A stretch of 49,630 bases of DNA, from the NCBI GenBank assembly GCA_945883395.1, contig CAMCXP010000003.1:1-49630 (forward strand). Direction: 5' to 3'. Positions 27,993 to 36,573 of the stretch are shown here, piece by piece. The DNA comes from Melioribacter roseus P3M-2 (GTDB lineage: Bacteria; Bacteroidota; Ignavibacteria; Kapaibacteriales; Kapaibacteriaceae). Numbering within the stretch: position 1 is the first letter of the stretch; every line of letters starts with the position of its first letter. The notes below the pieces were generated by a model. It was not told the origin of the DNA and ran no database searches. It was given only the letters and a program-made list of their open reading frames with translations. Both the position numbers and the translations under genes were made by a program.

Positions 27993-30302
27993 TTAGCGGA
28001 TGATCTGCAGCGGCAGCGCAAAGTTGGTTGTGCCGTTTGTCACGTGCACCATCACCATGCCCGACGGCAGCGATGCTGTTGCAAGCTGCATCGTTGTTTC
28101 ACCAGCGACCACGTCAACTGTCTGCGTTGCAAGCGTTACACCCGTCATCGACACAACACGAATTGTTGCTGTGCCAGTTGTCGCGATGAAGCGCAGCGAA
28201 GCTGATGCAGCAGCCGGGTTCGGGAAGAGGTTGACACGTGTGCCGACGGCATCGACAGGTACGTCGACGCTTGTCGTGCTCATCACAAGTCCGATGCTGA
28301 CTTCTTGATCGAGGCGCTGATTGTCAACGATGATCGTCTCAACTGTCGGTGCATAGTCTACACGGTCGGCTTCGAGTGTGACGGTGCCATAGGAAAGCTC
28401 CGTGAGTTCGTATGCGCCTTCGTTCTCCGACATCGCAAAGTCGATTACATCGCCTTGCTCGTCGCGTGCGAGAATCAGCGTGCCCACAACAGCGGCATTG
28501 CCTTGTGGTGTTTCTTCGCCAACCTTATGAACGATGCCACCACGCTTGTCGTACACCCATCCGCGGACGCGACCCTTGCCGCGCTCACCCTTTGCTGTGT
28601 CGAGCAGAATATCGTGTTGGAGCGCAACCATCATGTCGCCTACCTCAACGCGTGTTGCGTTGAGCCATGAGCCAACTGCCTTCTCACCCATGCGCATCCA
28701 ACCAGGGATGTATGGTCGTGCACCCGGCATACCGAAGACGATGTAGACGCCTGGTGTGAGGTTTGCAAATGCGTAGTTGCCGTTTGCATCCGTTTCGACG
28801 CTGTAGGCCTTGTTCTTGATGATCACGGAGTCGCCATTTTCCTTTGCACGACCCACAAGCTGATGTGCAACAACCTTACCATTGACGCCAGCGCTGGTGT
28901 AGAAGTTCTTCATCGTTCCCGTAAAGCCATTCTGGTATACCGGACGCTTGTCCATTGGGAAGTCGATACCGTCTTCGTTTGCGCTGATGTTGATCGTCGT
29001 TGCTTGCGTTGCGTCATTGGTGTTATTCCAGAACTCAACGAGATATTCGATCTGCTTGTCACGTCCAAGAACTGTTGCTGTGCCGATGTATGGGATGCCA
29101 GCTTGAATCCTGACTTCGTAGAGTCCGTCAGCATTTGTTTCAGCTACCACACGACGCATCTGTGCGTTGGCCGCGAGTGGATCACGTGAGCGCACTTCGA
29201 AGACAACTAGTGCCTTGAGTCCGCCGTTTGTTTCTGCATCGAAGACACGTCCAGCGATTACAACCTTGACTGCTTCAGCACGCTTTGCGACAACGAAGTT
29301 GATCGTCTCAGCTTGGTCACATTCAATAGTGACACTCTTTGCGTCCGCAAGTTCAACCGCATTTTCAAACCATTCTGCAACGAATGCTTCACCTTCAACA
29401 CGAAGCTTGTAGGTGCCTGCAGGAACCTTCAGTTCGTACTTGCCGGCAACAATCTTCGCTGTGTAGACCGGACGATACCCAACACTCGTATCACCGTTGG
29501 GTGTGCGAACGATGCGCTCCATGCGCCATGCTGTTACAACACCGTTTGCTGTGGCATTTGCCCCTTCGATCGTGACCGCGCCCTTGAAGGTTGCGCATGT
29601 TTCTTCCTTCGGCTTATCGCCACCGATTTCAAGAACATACGTCTGATACGTCATGATGATCTGACCGCCGACTTCAACCCATGCTTTGATCTTGATCTCG
29701 TAGCGACCTGCACGTGGGCTTTCCCAGACAATAAGGCCTGTCTCTTGATCAATCGTCATGCCTTCCGGACCATTCACGATGCCGTAACGAATCTTCGTGC
29801 CGGCGTTTGTCTCTGCACGAACAGGATAGGTGTAGCGCTTTCCTGCAGAGCCGTTCTTCAAAGGAACAGAAACGATAATGACCTTCTTCTCGCTCTTATC
29901 CTTGATCGTAACCACCTTGATCATCGTGCGGGCACTCTCTTCGTTGCCCCAAACGGCGCGCACGAAGAATGTGTATGTACCAGCTGCGAGATTCTCCACG
30001 TTGTACGTGTAGAAGTTCTCGCGAGGGGGCTTGGCAGGGTCGACAACTACTGAGCCGATCTTGGTGAACTTGGTGAGGTCTTCGGTTTCCTTCGATGCCT
30101 GATAGACGTTGTAGGAGCCAGGGACATCATTGCCCTGCATTCCGAACCAGCCTAGCATGACATACTGTGAACCGTTGCTGTTGTCGAGAACCTTCGCCTG
30201 AAATCCTTCCGGACCTGGGCGCTGTTGCGCGAATGAGGCAACGAACCCCATGGCGAACACGACCATTGCGAGCGCAAGGCGTGATAGTGATGCTACGTTC
30301 AT
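27993..30302 (-). CDS. T9SS-secreted multidomain surface protein (FN3-like, putative Ig, several carboxypeptidase-regulatory/Cna-B-like domains, CTD)
   Basis: Signal peptide ending ASFA-Q; GPEGMTIDQETGLIVW Ig motif; repeated ETNADG-Y, ETDANGNY, SENEGAY; CTD LFPNPA...SMTG...LPSGM; SD GGAG. Confidence 0.85.
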   Translation of the reverse strand: MNVASLSRLALAMVVFAMGFVASFAQQRPGPEGFQAKVLDNSNGSQYVMLGWFGMQGNDVPGSYNVYQASKETEDLTKFTKIGSVVVDPAKPPRENFYTYNVENLAAGTYTFFVRAVWGNEESARTMIKVVTIKDKSEKKVIIVSVPLKNGSAGKRYTYPVRAETNAGTKIRYGIVNGPEGMTIDQETGLIVWESPRAGRYEIKIKAWVEVGGQIIMTYQTYVLEIGGDKPKEETCATFKGAVTIEGANATANGVVTAWRMERIVRTPNGDTSVGYRPVYTAKIVAGKYELKVPAGTYKLRVEGEAFVAEWFENAVELADAKSVTIECDQAETINFVVAKRAEAVKVVIAGRVFDAETNGGLKALVVFEVRSRDPLAANAQMRRVVAETNADGLYEVRIQAGIPYIGTATVLGRDKQIEYLVEFWNNTNDATQATTINISANEDGIDFPMDKRPVYQNGFTGTMKNFYTSAGVNGKVVAHQLVGRAKENGDSVIIKNKAYSVETDANGNYAFANLTPGVYIVFGMPGARPYIPGWMRMGEKAVGSWLNATRVEVGDMMVALQHDILLDTAKGERGKGRVRGWVYDKRGGIVHKVGEETPQGNAAVVGTLILARDEQGDVIDFAMSENEGAYELTELSYGTVTLEADRVDYAPTVETIIVDNQRLDQEVSIGLVMSTTSVDVPVDAVGTRVNLFPNPAAASASLRFIATTGTATIRVVSMTGVTLATQTVDVVAGETTMQLATASLPSGMVMVHVTNGTTNFALPLQIIR

Positions 30303-30380
30303 GATAGCTCCAATGATGTGCAGTGAAACACGTGGTGACAATCGTTCTTCACCAGGTACAAACCACGACCTGCGGTTGGG

Positions 30381-30965
30381 TTACAGCGTTAAGGTTATCG
30401 TGCCGAGGGTTTGCTCCTGGCCAGCGCCCACAAAATAGCGATCCTTATTCAAGACCACGTACAGCGTCAAGGTAACGCTCCGCGGTTGGCCGGGCTGTCG
30501 GGGCTGTTCAGCAATAATGATTGCCGCCGTATTGGTGTTGGCTTCGGATGGATAGACCTGTACGCCATTGCCGAAATCTGCCGAGAAGCTGACCTCGCCC
30601 TTGACCAAGTTGTACGATAACCCGTTGCCAGGGAACGAGTCTACGCGGACACGGAACTCCTTGAGCATCGGGCTTTTCTGGGGGTCTGGTACAGTCTCCA
30701 TGGTGCAGTCAATCCAGAACCGCATTGGCGCTACGGTGGTATCGATGCGGAACGTGGGTAGCCCCTTAATCCGGTACGAGCCCGAAGCAGCGGTGAAATC
30801 GACGTTGATGGTCCGCGGTGTGATCTTCACGGCAGGGGTCACCGGGGTTTCCGTGCGGGGAGCGTCGGAGTCGAGAGGAGATATGCACGATGGGATCAGC
30901 GCGACAACTGACATCGTCAGAAGCGCGGCAATAATCGTGGAACGAGTGGTCTGTGTGATACGCAT
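30381..30965 (-). CDS. Lipoprotein of unknown function in the sigma/anti-sigma operon
   Basis: Signal peptide II with lipobox IPSC; beta-rich mature part; 11 nt downstream of the anti-sigma gene. Confidence 0.75.
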   Translation of the reverse strand: MRITQTTRSTIIAALLTMSVVALIPSCISPLDSDAPRTETPVTPAVKITPRTINVDFTAASGSYRIKGLPTFRIDTTVAPMRFWIDCTMETVPDPQKSPMLKEFRVRVDSFPGNGLSYNLVKGEVSFSADFGNGVQVYPSEANTNTAAIIIAEQPRQPGQPRSVTLTLYVVLNKDRYFVGAGQEQTLGTITLTL

Positions 30966-30976
30966 TTGTCTATCTG

Positions 30977-32137
30977 TTAAAAGCGAACGGCAACGCCGTA
31001 CGTAAGTCCGAGTTTGGAAGAAGAGAACCAGGCACTATTGAACTGGTAGGCCATGGCCGTACCCTCAACACCGAGCATGAACGACAATGGTCCGGCAGGC
31101 GAGTATTGGAATCCAGCCGTTAGACGTCCGAGTGGACCAAACGATGTGCCACCGAGCAGAACTTGTCCGAATGGCGCGAAGCCCGACGACCCAAGTTGCG
31201 AGAGTGTGTAGCGATACGCAGCGCCGGCCCACATCGACTGTGGCTGCTGTTGATACTGAATGACTTGTCCGTTTACATTGCCCTGGAACGACATCGGGAA
31301 GACTTCGCTCCCCATTTCAAGTCCAACGGCATGATTGTCCGACAGTTGATACAGTAAACCAAGGCCGACATTCTCGTACCATGTCGACTGCGCCGGCGCG
31401 TTGACATCAACGAGCGTTGATGCGGACATGCCGCGCATCTGGACGATGAACGCAGGGAAGATCATTGAGCGCATTACAATCGGCTGCAGCGCAGTTTGCT
31501 GAATCATACGCTGATCCGATGCTTGCGACAACGTCATCGCATTCGTGAGCGTTACACGTTGCGCAGGTTGCATTGCAACAGCAGGCATCTCTGTACGCTC
31601 GGTGTTCTGCTCTGCAAGGGGCTGCTCAACAGCTGGTTGTGACGGTGTACGATCGAGCTCAGCACGCAATGCCACGTTGTCCCGACGCAGTGCAGCGAGT
31701 TGCGCGTCGTGCGTGCATGGCTTCTCGACGATGATGGTCTCGCCGGCCTTCACTGCTGGTTGCTGTGGCTGCATCGCTTGTTGCTGCGGCGTGTCAGACT
31801 GCATTACGCCCCACGTGATTGCTGTAGCTGTTGCTGCGGCAAGAAGAGGGATACCAATCTTAGGGAGCCATGTCGAGAGCAGACTGCCGCCCACGGCTCC
31901 GGCTGCTGCGCCCGCAAGGGGTCCGGCAAAGCCGAGTCCGCTAAAGACCGAAGAAGTGAGTGCTATCGGTGGTACCAATGCCACACGATCGTTCTGCACA
32001 GCAGAACGAATCGCGAGTTGCTGCTTGAATTCCGACCGAAGGTCAGCATTCACAGCAAGCTCACCGAAGAGCGATGACTCATGCATGGCTTCAAGGTCGC
32101 CATCGAGTAAGTCGTTGATATGATCGCGGTGGTCCAT
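30977..32137 (-). CDS. Putative dual-membrane-spanning anti-sigma factor (anti-sigma domain, TM helix, tether, C-terminal beta-barrel)
   Basis: N-terminus INDLLDGDL...LFGEL...LRSEF resembles a zinc-free zf-HC2 anti-sigma domain; no signal peptide; TM IGIPLLAAATATAITWGV; Q/P/A-rich linker; 8 amphipathic strands ending YGVAVRF; directly downstream of an ECF sigma. Confidence 0.72.
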   Translation of the reverse strand: MDHRDHINDLLDGDLEAMHESSLFGELAVNADLRSEFKQQLAIRSAVQNDRVALVPPIALTSSVFSGLGFAGPLAGAAAGAVGGSLLSTWLPKIGIPLLAAATATAITWGVMQSDTPQQQAMQPQQPAVKAGETIIVEKPCTHDAQLAALRRDNVALRAELDRTPSQPAVEQPLAEQNTERTEMPAVAMQPAQRVTLTNAMTLSQASDQRMIQQTALQPIVMRSMIFPAFIVQMRGMSASTLVDVNAPAQSTWYENVGLGLLYQLSDNHAVGLEMGSEVFPMSFQGNVNGQVIQYQQQPQSMWAGAAYRYTLSQLGSSGFAPFGQVLLGGTSFGPLGRLTAGFQYSPAGPLSFMLGVEGTAMAYQFNSAWFSSSKLGLTYGVAVRF

Positions 32138-32149
32138 ACCAGTACCGAT

Positions 32150-32713
32150 CTATTCTTTTGAAAATTCGTTGAGATACGGTTCAAGGATTTCCTTGATCCG
32201 TTGTCGAGCCCGAAACACGCGAACCTTCGCAGTCTCAAGCTTGATGTTGAGCATTGCGCTGATCTCGTTGTACGACAGACCGTCGTACTCCCGAAGAACA
32301 AATACTTCCCTTTGGTCGTGGGGCAGAAGCTCCATGGCCATCGTTATCAGATTCATCATTTCCGAGCGATCTGCCTCGCGAGAGATGCCAGGATTGTAGA
32401 GTGCTTCATCAAACTCTACGGCCTGCGTCTGTGAACGCTTCTTTTCGTTGAGACACAGATTCCGACAGATCGTCAGTGCATAAGCGCGAACGTTTTCAAG
32501 ATACTCGATACGCTCGGCGCTCTGGTAGAAACGCATAAACGTGTCCTGAAACACGTCATACGCGCGATCTCTGCTCCCGAGTACGCGCATGCAATACGCG
32601 AACACGTTGGGCGACAGTCGTGTATACAACTCACTAAACGCAATCTCGCGACGTTCCGTGCGAAGCAACGCGAAGAGTTCAGTGTCGCTATATTCCGTGA
32701 GCTGACGCTCCAT
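32150..32713 (-). CDS. ECF-type RNA polymerase sigma-70 factor
   Basis: Region 2 AFSELY...DVFQDTFMRF...ICRNLCLN; region 4 LPHDQREVFVLREYDGLSYNEIS...KVRVFRAR. Confidence 0.95.
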   Translation of the reverse strand: MERQLTEYSDTELFALLRTERREIAFSELYTRLSPNVFAYCMRVLGSRDRAYDVFQDTFMRFYQSAERIEYLENVRAYALTICRNLCLNEKKRSQTQAVEFDEALYNPGISREADRSEMMNLITMAMELLPHDQREVFVLREYDGLSYNEISAMLNIKLETAKVRVFRARQRIKEILEPYLNEFSKE

Positions 32714-32731
32714 AGATCACAATAACTTGAA

Positions 32732-33427
32732 ATGACGCAGAACGTTACGGGCACAGAGACCCTGTCGTACACAATCGTGCGCAGCCAGCGCCGCACGATG
32801 TCGGTCGAAATACAACCGCACGGCATTGTTGTTGTGCGGGCACCGAATCGTATGCCATTGTACGAAATCGAGCGGTTTGTTGCCTTGAAATCTGCCTGGA
32901 TCCAGCGCCGTGTCCGCGATGCGGAAGCCCGCAGGGCACTTGTGCCCCAACTGACCAGCCCGCGATCGTTCTACCACCGTGGGGAGGTTCGTACGTGGGG
33001 CTTTACTGGCGATGGTGCGGATCTCACCGTCCCAAGCCGGGTCAAAACAGAAAACGCCGCCATCAGCTACGTTGAGCGATGGCAGCGTTCAGAGGCAGAA
33101 CATGTGTTTTCGACCATGATTGACGATGCGCTGCCAAACATCGGCGTGCCAGGTCTGCGCTATTGCGGTCTGCGGATTCGTGTGATGCGTCGGCGCTGGG
33201 GCTCGTGTTCGTCAACAGGGCACGTCACGTTGAACGGACACCTGATTCGTGTCCCTGATGGATGCATCCGCGGTGTTGTGGTGCACGAGGTGTGTCACCT
33301 GGCTCACCTTCATCACGGACCCGCCTTCCATCAACTTGTTGCCGATGTGTTCCCCGACCACGCGCTTGCCGATGCAATTCTCGATGCATGGACGCACGTG
33401 CTCTACGACGGCGTTCTTACGCCTTAA
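32732..33427 (+). CDS. YgjP/DUF45 (M48-like) zinc-dependent hydrolase
   Basis: RSQRRTMSVEI, VVVRAP, MRRRWGSCS, VVHEVCHL-x-H-x-HG-x-x-F. Confidence 0.9.
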   Translation: MTQNVTGTETLSYTIVRSQRRTMSVEIQPHGIVVVRAPNRMPLYEIERFVALKSAWIQRRVRDAEARRALVPQLTSPRSFYHRGEVRTWGFTGDGADLTVPSRVKTENAAISYVERWQRSEAEHVFSTMIDDALPNIGVPGLRYCGLRIRVMRRRWGSCSSTGHVTLNGHLIRVPDGCIRGVVVHEVCHLAHLHHGPAFHQLVADVFPDHALADAILDAWTHVLYDGVLTP

Positions 33428-33839
33428 CGCAGATCTCGTCGAATGCACTCGTGAGCGATGCGGCAATCATCTCAGGTGTGCGACCCTCAATGTGATGGCG
33501 TGGCATAAAGCCTACCATTTCACCATCGCGCATCAGGGCGATTGCAGGTGAGGACGGCGGAACACCCGTGAAGTACGAGCGCGCTCGCTCGACGGCCTCG
33601 AGGTCCTGTCCGGCAAACACTGTTGTGATGTTGTCTGGCAATGTGTGATGCTTGAGCGCAAGCGCCACGCCCGGACGTGCACCGCCAGCGGCGCAACCGC
33701 ATACCGAGTTGAGCACAACCATCGTTGTGCCAGGCTGCTTCATCGCCACATCAACATCATCTGCTGTGCGAAGCTCCTTTACGCCGAGCGATGTGAGTTC
33801 TTCGCGCATTGGTTGGACGAGCATTGGATCGTATGGCAT
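33417..33839 (-). CDS. Bacilliredoxin, BrxA/BrxB family
   Basis: PMREELT, NSVCGCAAG-x-ARP (CGC motif), TVFAGQD, PSSPAIAL, RHHIEGR. Confidence 0.93.
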   Translation of the reverse strand: MPYDPMLVQPMREELTSLGVKELRTADDVDVAMKQPGTTMVVLNSVCGCAAGGARPGVALALKHHTLPDNITTVFAGQDLEAVERARSYFTGVPPSSPAIALMRDGEMVGFMPRHHIEGRTPEMIAASLTSAFDEICVKA

Positions 33840-33842
33840 TTC

Positions 33843-35285
33843 TTACTGTTCCCCTAAGTTGTGTTGTTGTAAAACGGTAGTGAGGTATTCCATTGCGAGT
33901 GGACCAGCAATCACGGGAAACTCCGTGTCGAAGTCGGCTCGTTTGGATGGATCAAGTGAAAATGCTTTGTGAAGAAACGGAATTGCCGAGTGCGGCTGTC
34001 CGGCAGCACACAACGTCTTGGCCGTTGCATAATACCCTTCAGCCCAACTTGGCACCAAACGCACGCACTCATTAAATCCGCGCAGCGCTTCGAGTACATC
34101 GCCGGTTTCCAGCACGCTTGATGCGTAGTCGAACCAGCACTCGACATCGTCGGGGTGTAACTCAAGTGCTTTTCGATAGGCAGCAAGCGATTCAGGAACG
34201 CGGCAAAGGTTGAACAGTGCATCGGCCTTAGCATACCATAAGTCTGCATACGCTGGGTCGATCGCAAGTGCCGCTTCATAATCGCGCAGAGCAAGTTCGA
34301 ACTGCTCCATCGCGTCGTGGCATGTGCCACGTCCGTAAAGCGCCTGCGCATGTGTGGGATCAGCGGTGATAACCTTGGTGAACATCTGCGCTGCATCTTC
34401 AAAACTTCCGCGTTCCTCCAACGAGGATGCGAGGTTGTGCATCACAGGCACATCGGTTGGGTCGGCAGCATGCGCATGCGTATACGACGCAATAGCTTCT
34501 TCGACACGGCCAAGTGCAGAGTACGTGTTGCCCATGTTGAACCACGCATTCACGAAGTTGGACTTGATCACCGTTGCCATATCGTAACAGCGCACGGCTT
34601 CCCGCAGAGCCCCCTTCTTACCCATGATCACGCCTTTGTTGAACCACGCATTGGGTTCGTACGGCTCTGCATCAATGAGTGTGTCGTAAATGGCAGCGGC
34701 TTCGGTGTACTGTTCGAGTGCTTCGTGACAGATTGCCATTTCGAAGAGTGCATCGCGCTGAAACTGCTCGTGACGTGCAATCACGGCGAACATGCGCAGT
34801 GCTTCGTCGTAGCGCTCACGTTTTTGCAAGATGAGCGCCTTGGTGAAGAGCGCGTCGAAATTCTCGGGGTCTTGCGCGAGCGCTGCATCGATGAGCGTCT
34901 GTGCGTCGTCGAGACGTCCGAGTTGCTCAAGTGCGATGCCGCGGTTGATGATGAGCTCGGTGTCGATAGGATCAAGCGACGATGCGCGATCGTATGCGTC
35001 GAGAGCATCTGTCCAGCGACCAAGACTGCTGAGCGCGATCCCGAACTTATGCCATGCATCGGGAGAGTACAGGGCACGCTCGGTCCACATCTTGGCGAAC
35101 ACAAAGGCGTCCTCAAACGCGGACGTCTCAAGGCAGTAGTGAACAACCATTTCAAGGGATTCGATCGACGGAGCCCCTTGCTGCCAGTTCCCACTGCGCA
35201 CAGAATCCCGGAACCGACGGAGCGTCTCATCGAGCTCCTGCCGATTCAGTTCATCGTTGTCGTCGTCGTAGTCGAACTCCATCAT
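33843..35285 (-). CDS. Tetratricopeptide-repeat protein
   Basis: About 11-12 consecutive TPRs (e.g. AWFNKG...A...YD.A; AWFNMGN...A...Y); acidic N-terminus. Confidence 0.92.
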   Translation of the reverse strand: MMEFDYDDDNDELNRQELDETLRRFRDSVRSGNWQQGAPSIESLEMVVHYCLETSAFEDAFVFAKMWTERALYSPDAWHKFGIALSSLGRWTDALDAYDRASSLDPIDTELIINRGIALEQLGRLDDAQTLIDAALAQDPENFDALFTKALILQKRERYDEALRMFAVIARHEQFQRDALFEMAICHEALEQYTEAAAIYDTLIDAEPYEPNAWFNKGVIMGKKGALREAVRCYDMATVIKSNFVNAWFNMGNTYSALGRVEEAIASYTHAHAADPTDVPVMHNLASSLEERGSFEDAAQMFTKVITADPTHAQALYGRGTCHDAMEQFELALRDYEAALAIDPAYADLWYAKADALFNLCRVPESLAAYRKALELHPDDVECWFDYASSVLETGDVLEALRGFNECVRLVPSWAEGYYATAKTLCAAGQPHSAIPFLHKAFSLDPSKRADFDTEFPVIAGPLAMEYLTTVLQQHNLGEQ

Positions 35286-35365
35286 GATGCACGCAACATA
35301 ATCGATGTTGGGGAAGGTCGTTTGTGGACGTTTTCCACCGGACGGTAGTGCATTGTGAGGGGGGC

Positions 35366-36538
35366 TTACATCACCTCAAATACAAGGAACTTAAGGTACT
35401 GGGTTTCGGGCATGGCCAGCAGCACGGGGTGGTCGGGGGCCTGCGAGCCCCGGTGAATGAGGCGGAGCCGACGTCGAACCCGCGCAGATTCGCGGTAGAT
35501 GATGTCGAGCAGGTCGTGCTCGGGCACAATCTGGGTGCAGGAGGCGGTCACGAGGATGCCACCACTGTCGAGCAGCTTGAGGGCCGTGCGGTTGAGCTCG
35601 GCGTAGCCGGCAAGTGCCCCACGGAGTGCGCCTCGGTGCTTGGCAAACGATGGGGGGTCGAGAATCACCATGTCCCACTTGCGACCCTCGGCAACCTGTT
35701 CGCGCAGGTAATCGAAGACGTTTGCCTTCACAAACGAGCAGGCATCGAGGTTGTTGATGATCGCGTGGTGCTGGGCCGATTCGATGGCGGGTGCCGAACT
35801 GTCGATACCGACAGCTTCGCGCGCACCACCCCTAACCGCATTGAGCGCAAAGCCGCCGACATTACAAAAACAGTCGAGCACGGTGCGCCCCGCAGAGAGA
35901 TCGGCTACAATGGTTCGATTGAGCTTTTGGTCAAGGAAATATCCCGTCTTCTGACCGGCCGTGATGTCGACTTCGAGGAGAATGTCGTTTTCGCGGAATT
36001 GCACTGTGCTTGGCACCTCGCCCCATATCACGCCCTCAATAGGCTCGAGGCCTTCCTTGGTGCGCATTTGCGAGAGGTTCTTCTCGATGATGCCGGTAGC
36101 GGCGGGGAACACGCGGCGCAGTGCCGACACGATGAGGTCCTTCCTGCTGTCCATGCCTGCCGAAAGCGTCTGGATGACAAGCGTGGTGCCGTAGAGGTCG
36201 ACGATCAGACCCGACAACAGGTCGGCCTCTCCAAAGACCACGCGATAGGCTTCAGCGTTTGGCAACATCAGCGCGCGCAGTCGTGCAGCGCGTGTGATAC
36301 GCTCGACGAAGAAATCTTCATCGACCACGTCGATTTCGCCGCCGAGCAGTCGAATGGCAATCTTTGAGAGGGGATTGTAGAACCCCGTGCCAAGCGACGC
36401 GCCATCGGATGTGCTGAGTCGGATGAGACTGCCGGGCTCCATTTGTGGGATTGCCGAGAGGTCAGTCGTGAACACCCAGAGGTGTCCTTCTTTGATACGA
36501 CGCTCTTCGCGTGGACGGAGCGTGAGGATTGGAAGCAT
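35366..36538 (-). CDS. rlmI: RlmI-like class I SAM-dependent rRNA methyltransferase
   Basis: PUA-like GHLWVF, EADLLSGLIVD, GQKTGYFLDQ, VLDCFCNVGGF, ILDPPSF, TASC, DHP...ETQYLK; start ATG 36538. Confidence 0.88.
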   Translation of the reverse strand: MLPILTLRPREERRIKEGHLWVFTTDLSAIPQMEPGSLIRLSTSDGASLGTGFYNPLSKIAIRLLGGEIDVVDEDFFVERITRAARLRALMLPNAEAYRVVFGEADLLSGLIVDLYGTTLVIQTLSAGMDSRKDLIVSALRRVFPAATGIIEKNLSQMRTKEGLEPIEGVIWGEVPSTVQFRENDILLEVDITAGQKTGYFLDQKLNRTIVADLSAGRTVLDCFCNVGGFALNAVRGGAREAVGIDSSAPAIESAQHHAIINNLDACSFVKANVFDYLREQVAEGRKWDMVILDPPSFAKHRGALRGALAGYAELNRTALKLLDSGGILVTASCTQIVPEHDLLDIIYRESARVRRRLRLIHRGSQAPDHPVLLAMPETQYLKFLVFEVM

Positions 36539-36573
36539 GTGGCAAGCTACGGAGAAGATATATTGTTGCACCT

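Noticed and set aside
34317-36367. Long plus-strand ORFs of 343 aa and 347 aa
   Set aside because: Antisense shadows of the TPR and rlmI genes, with no recognisable motifs
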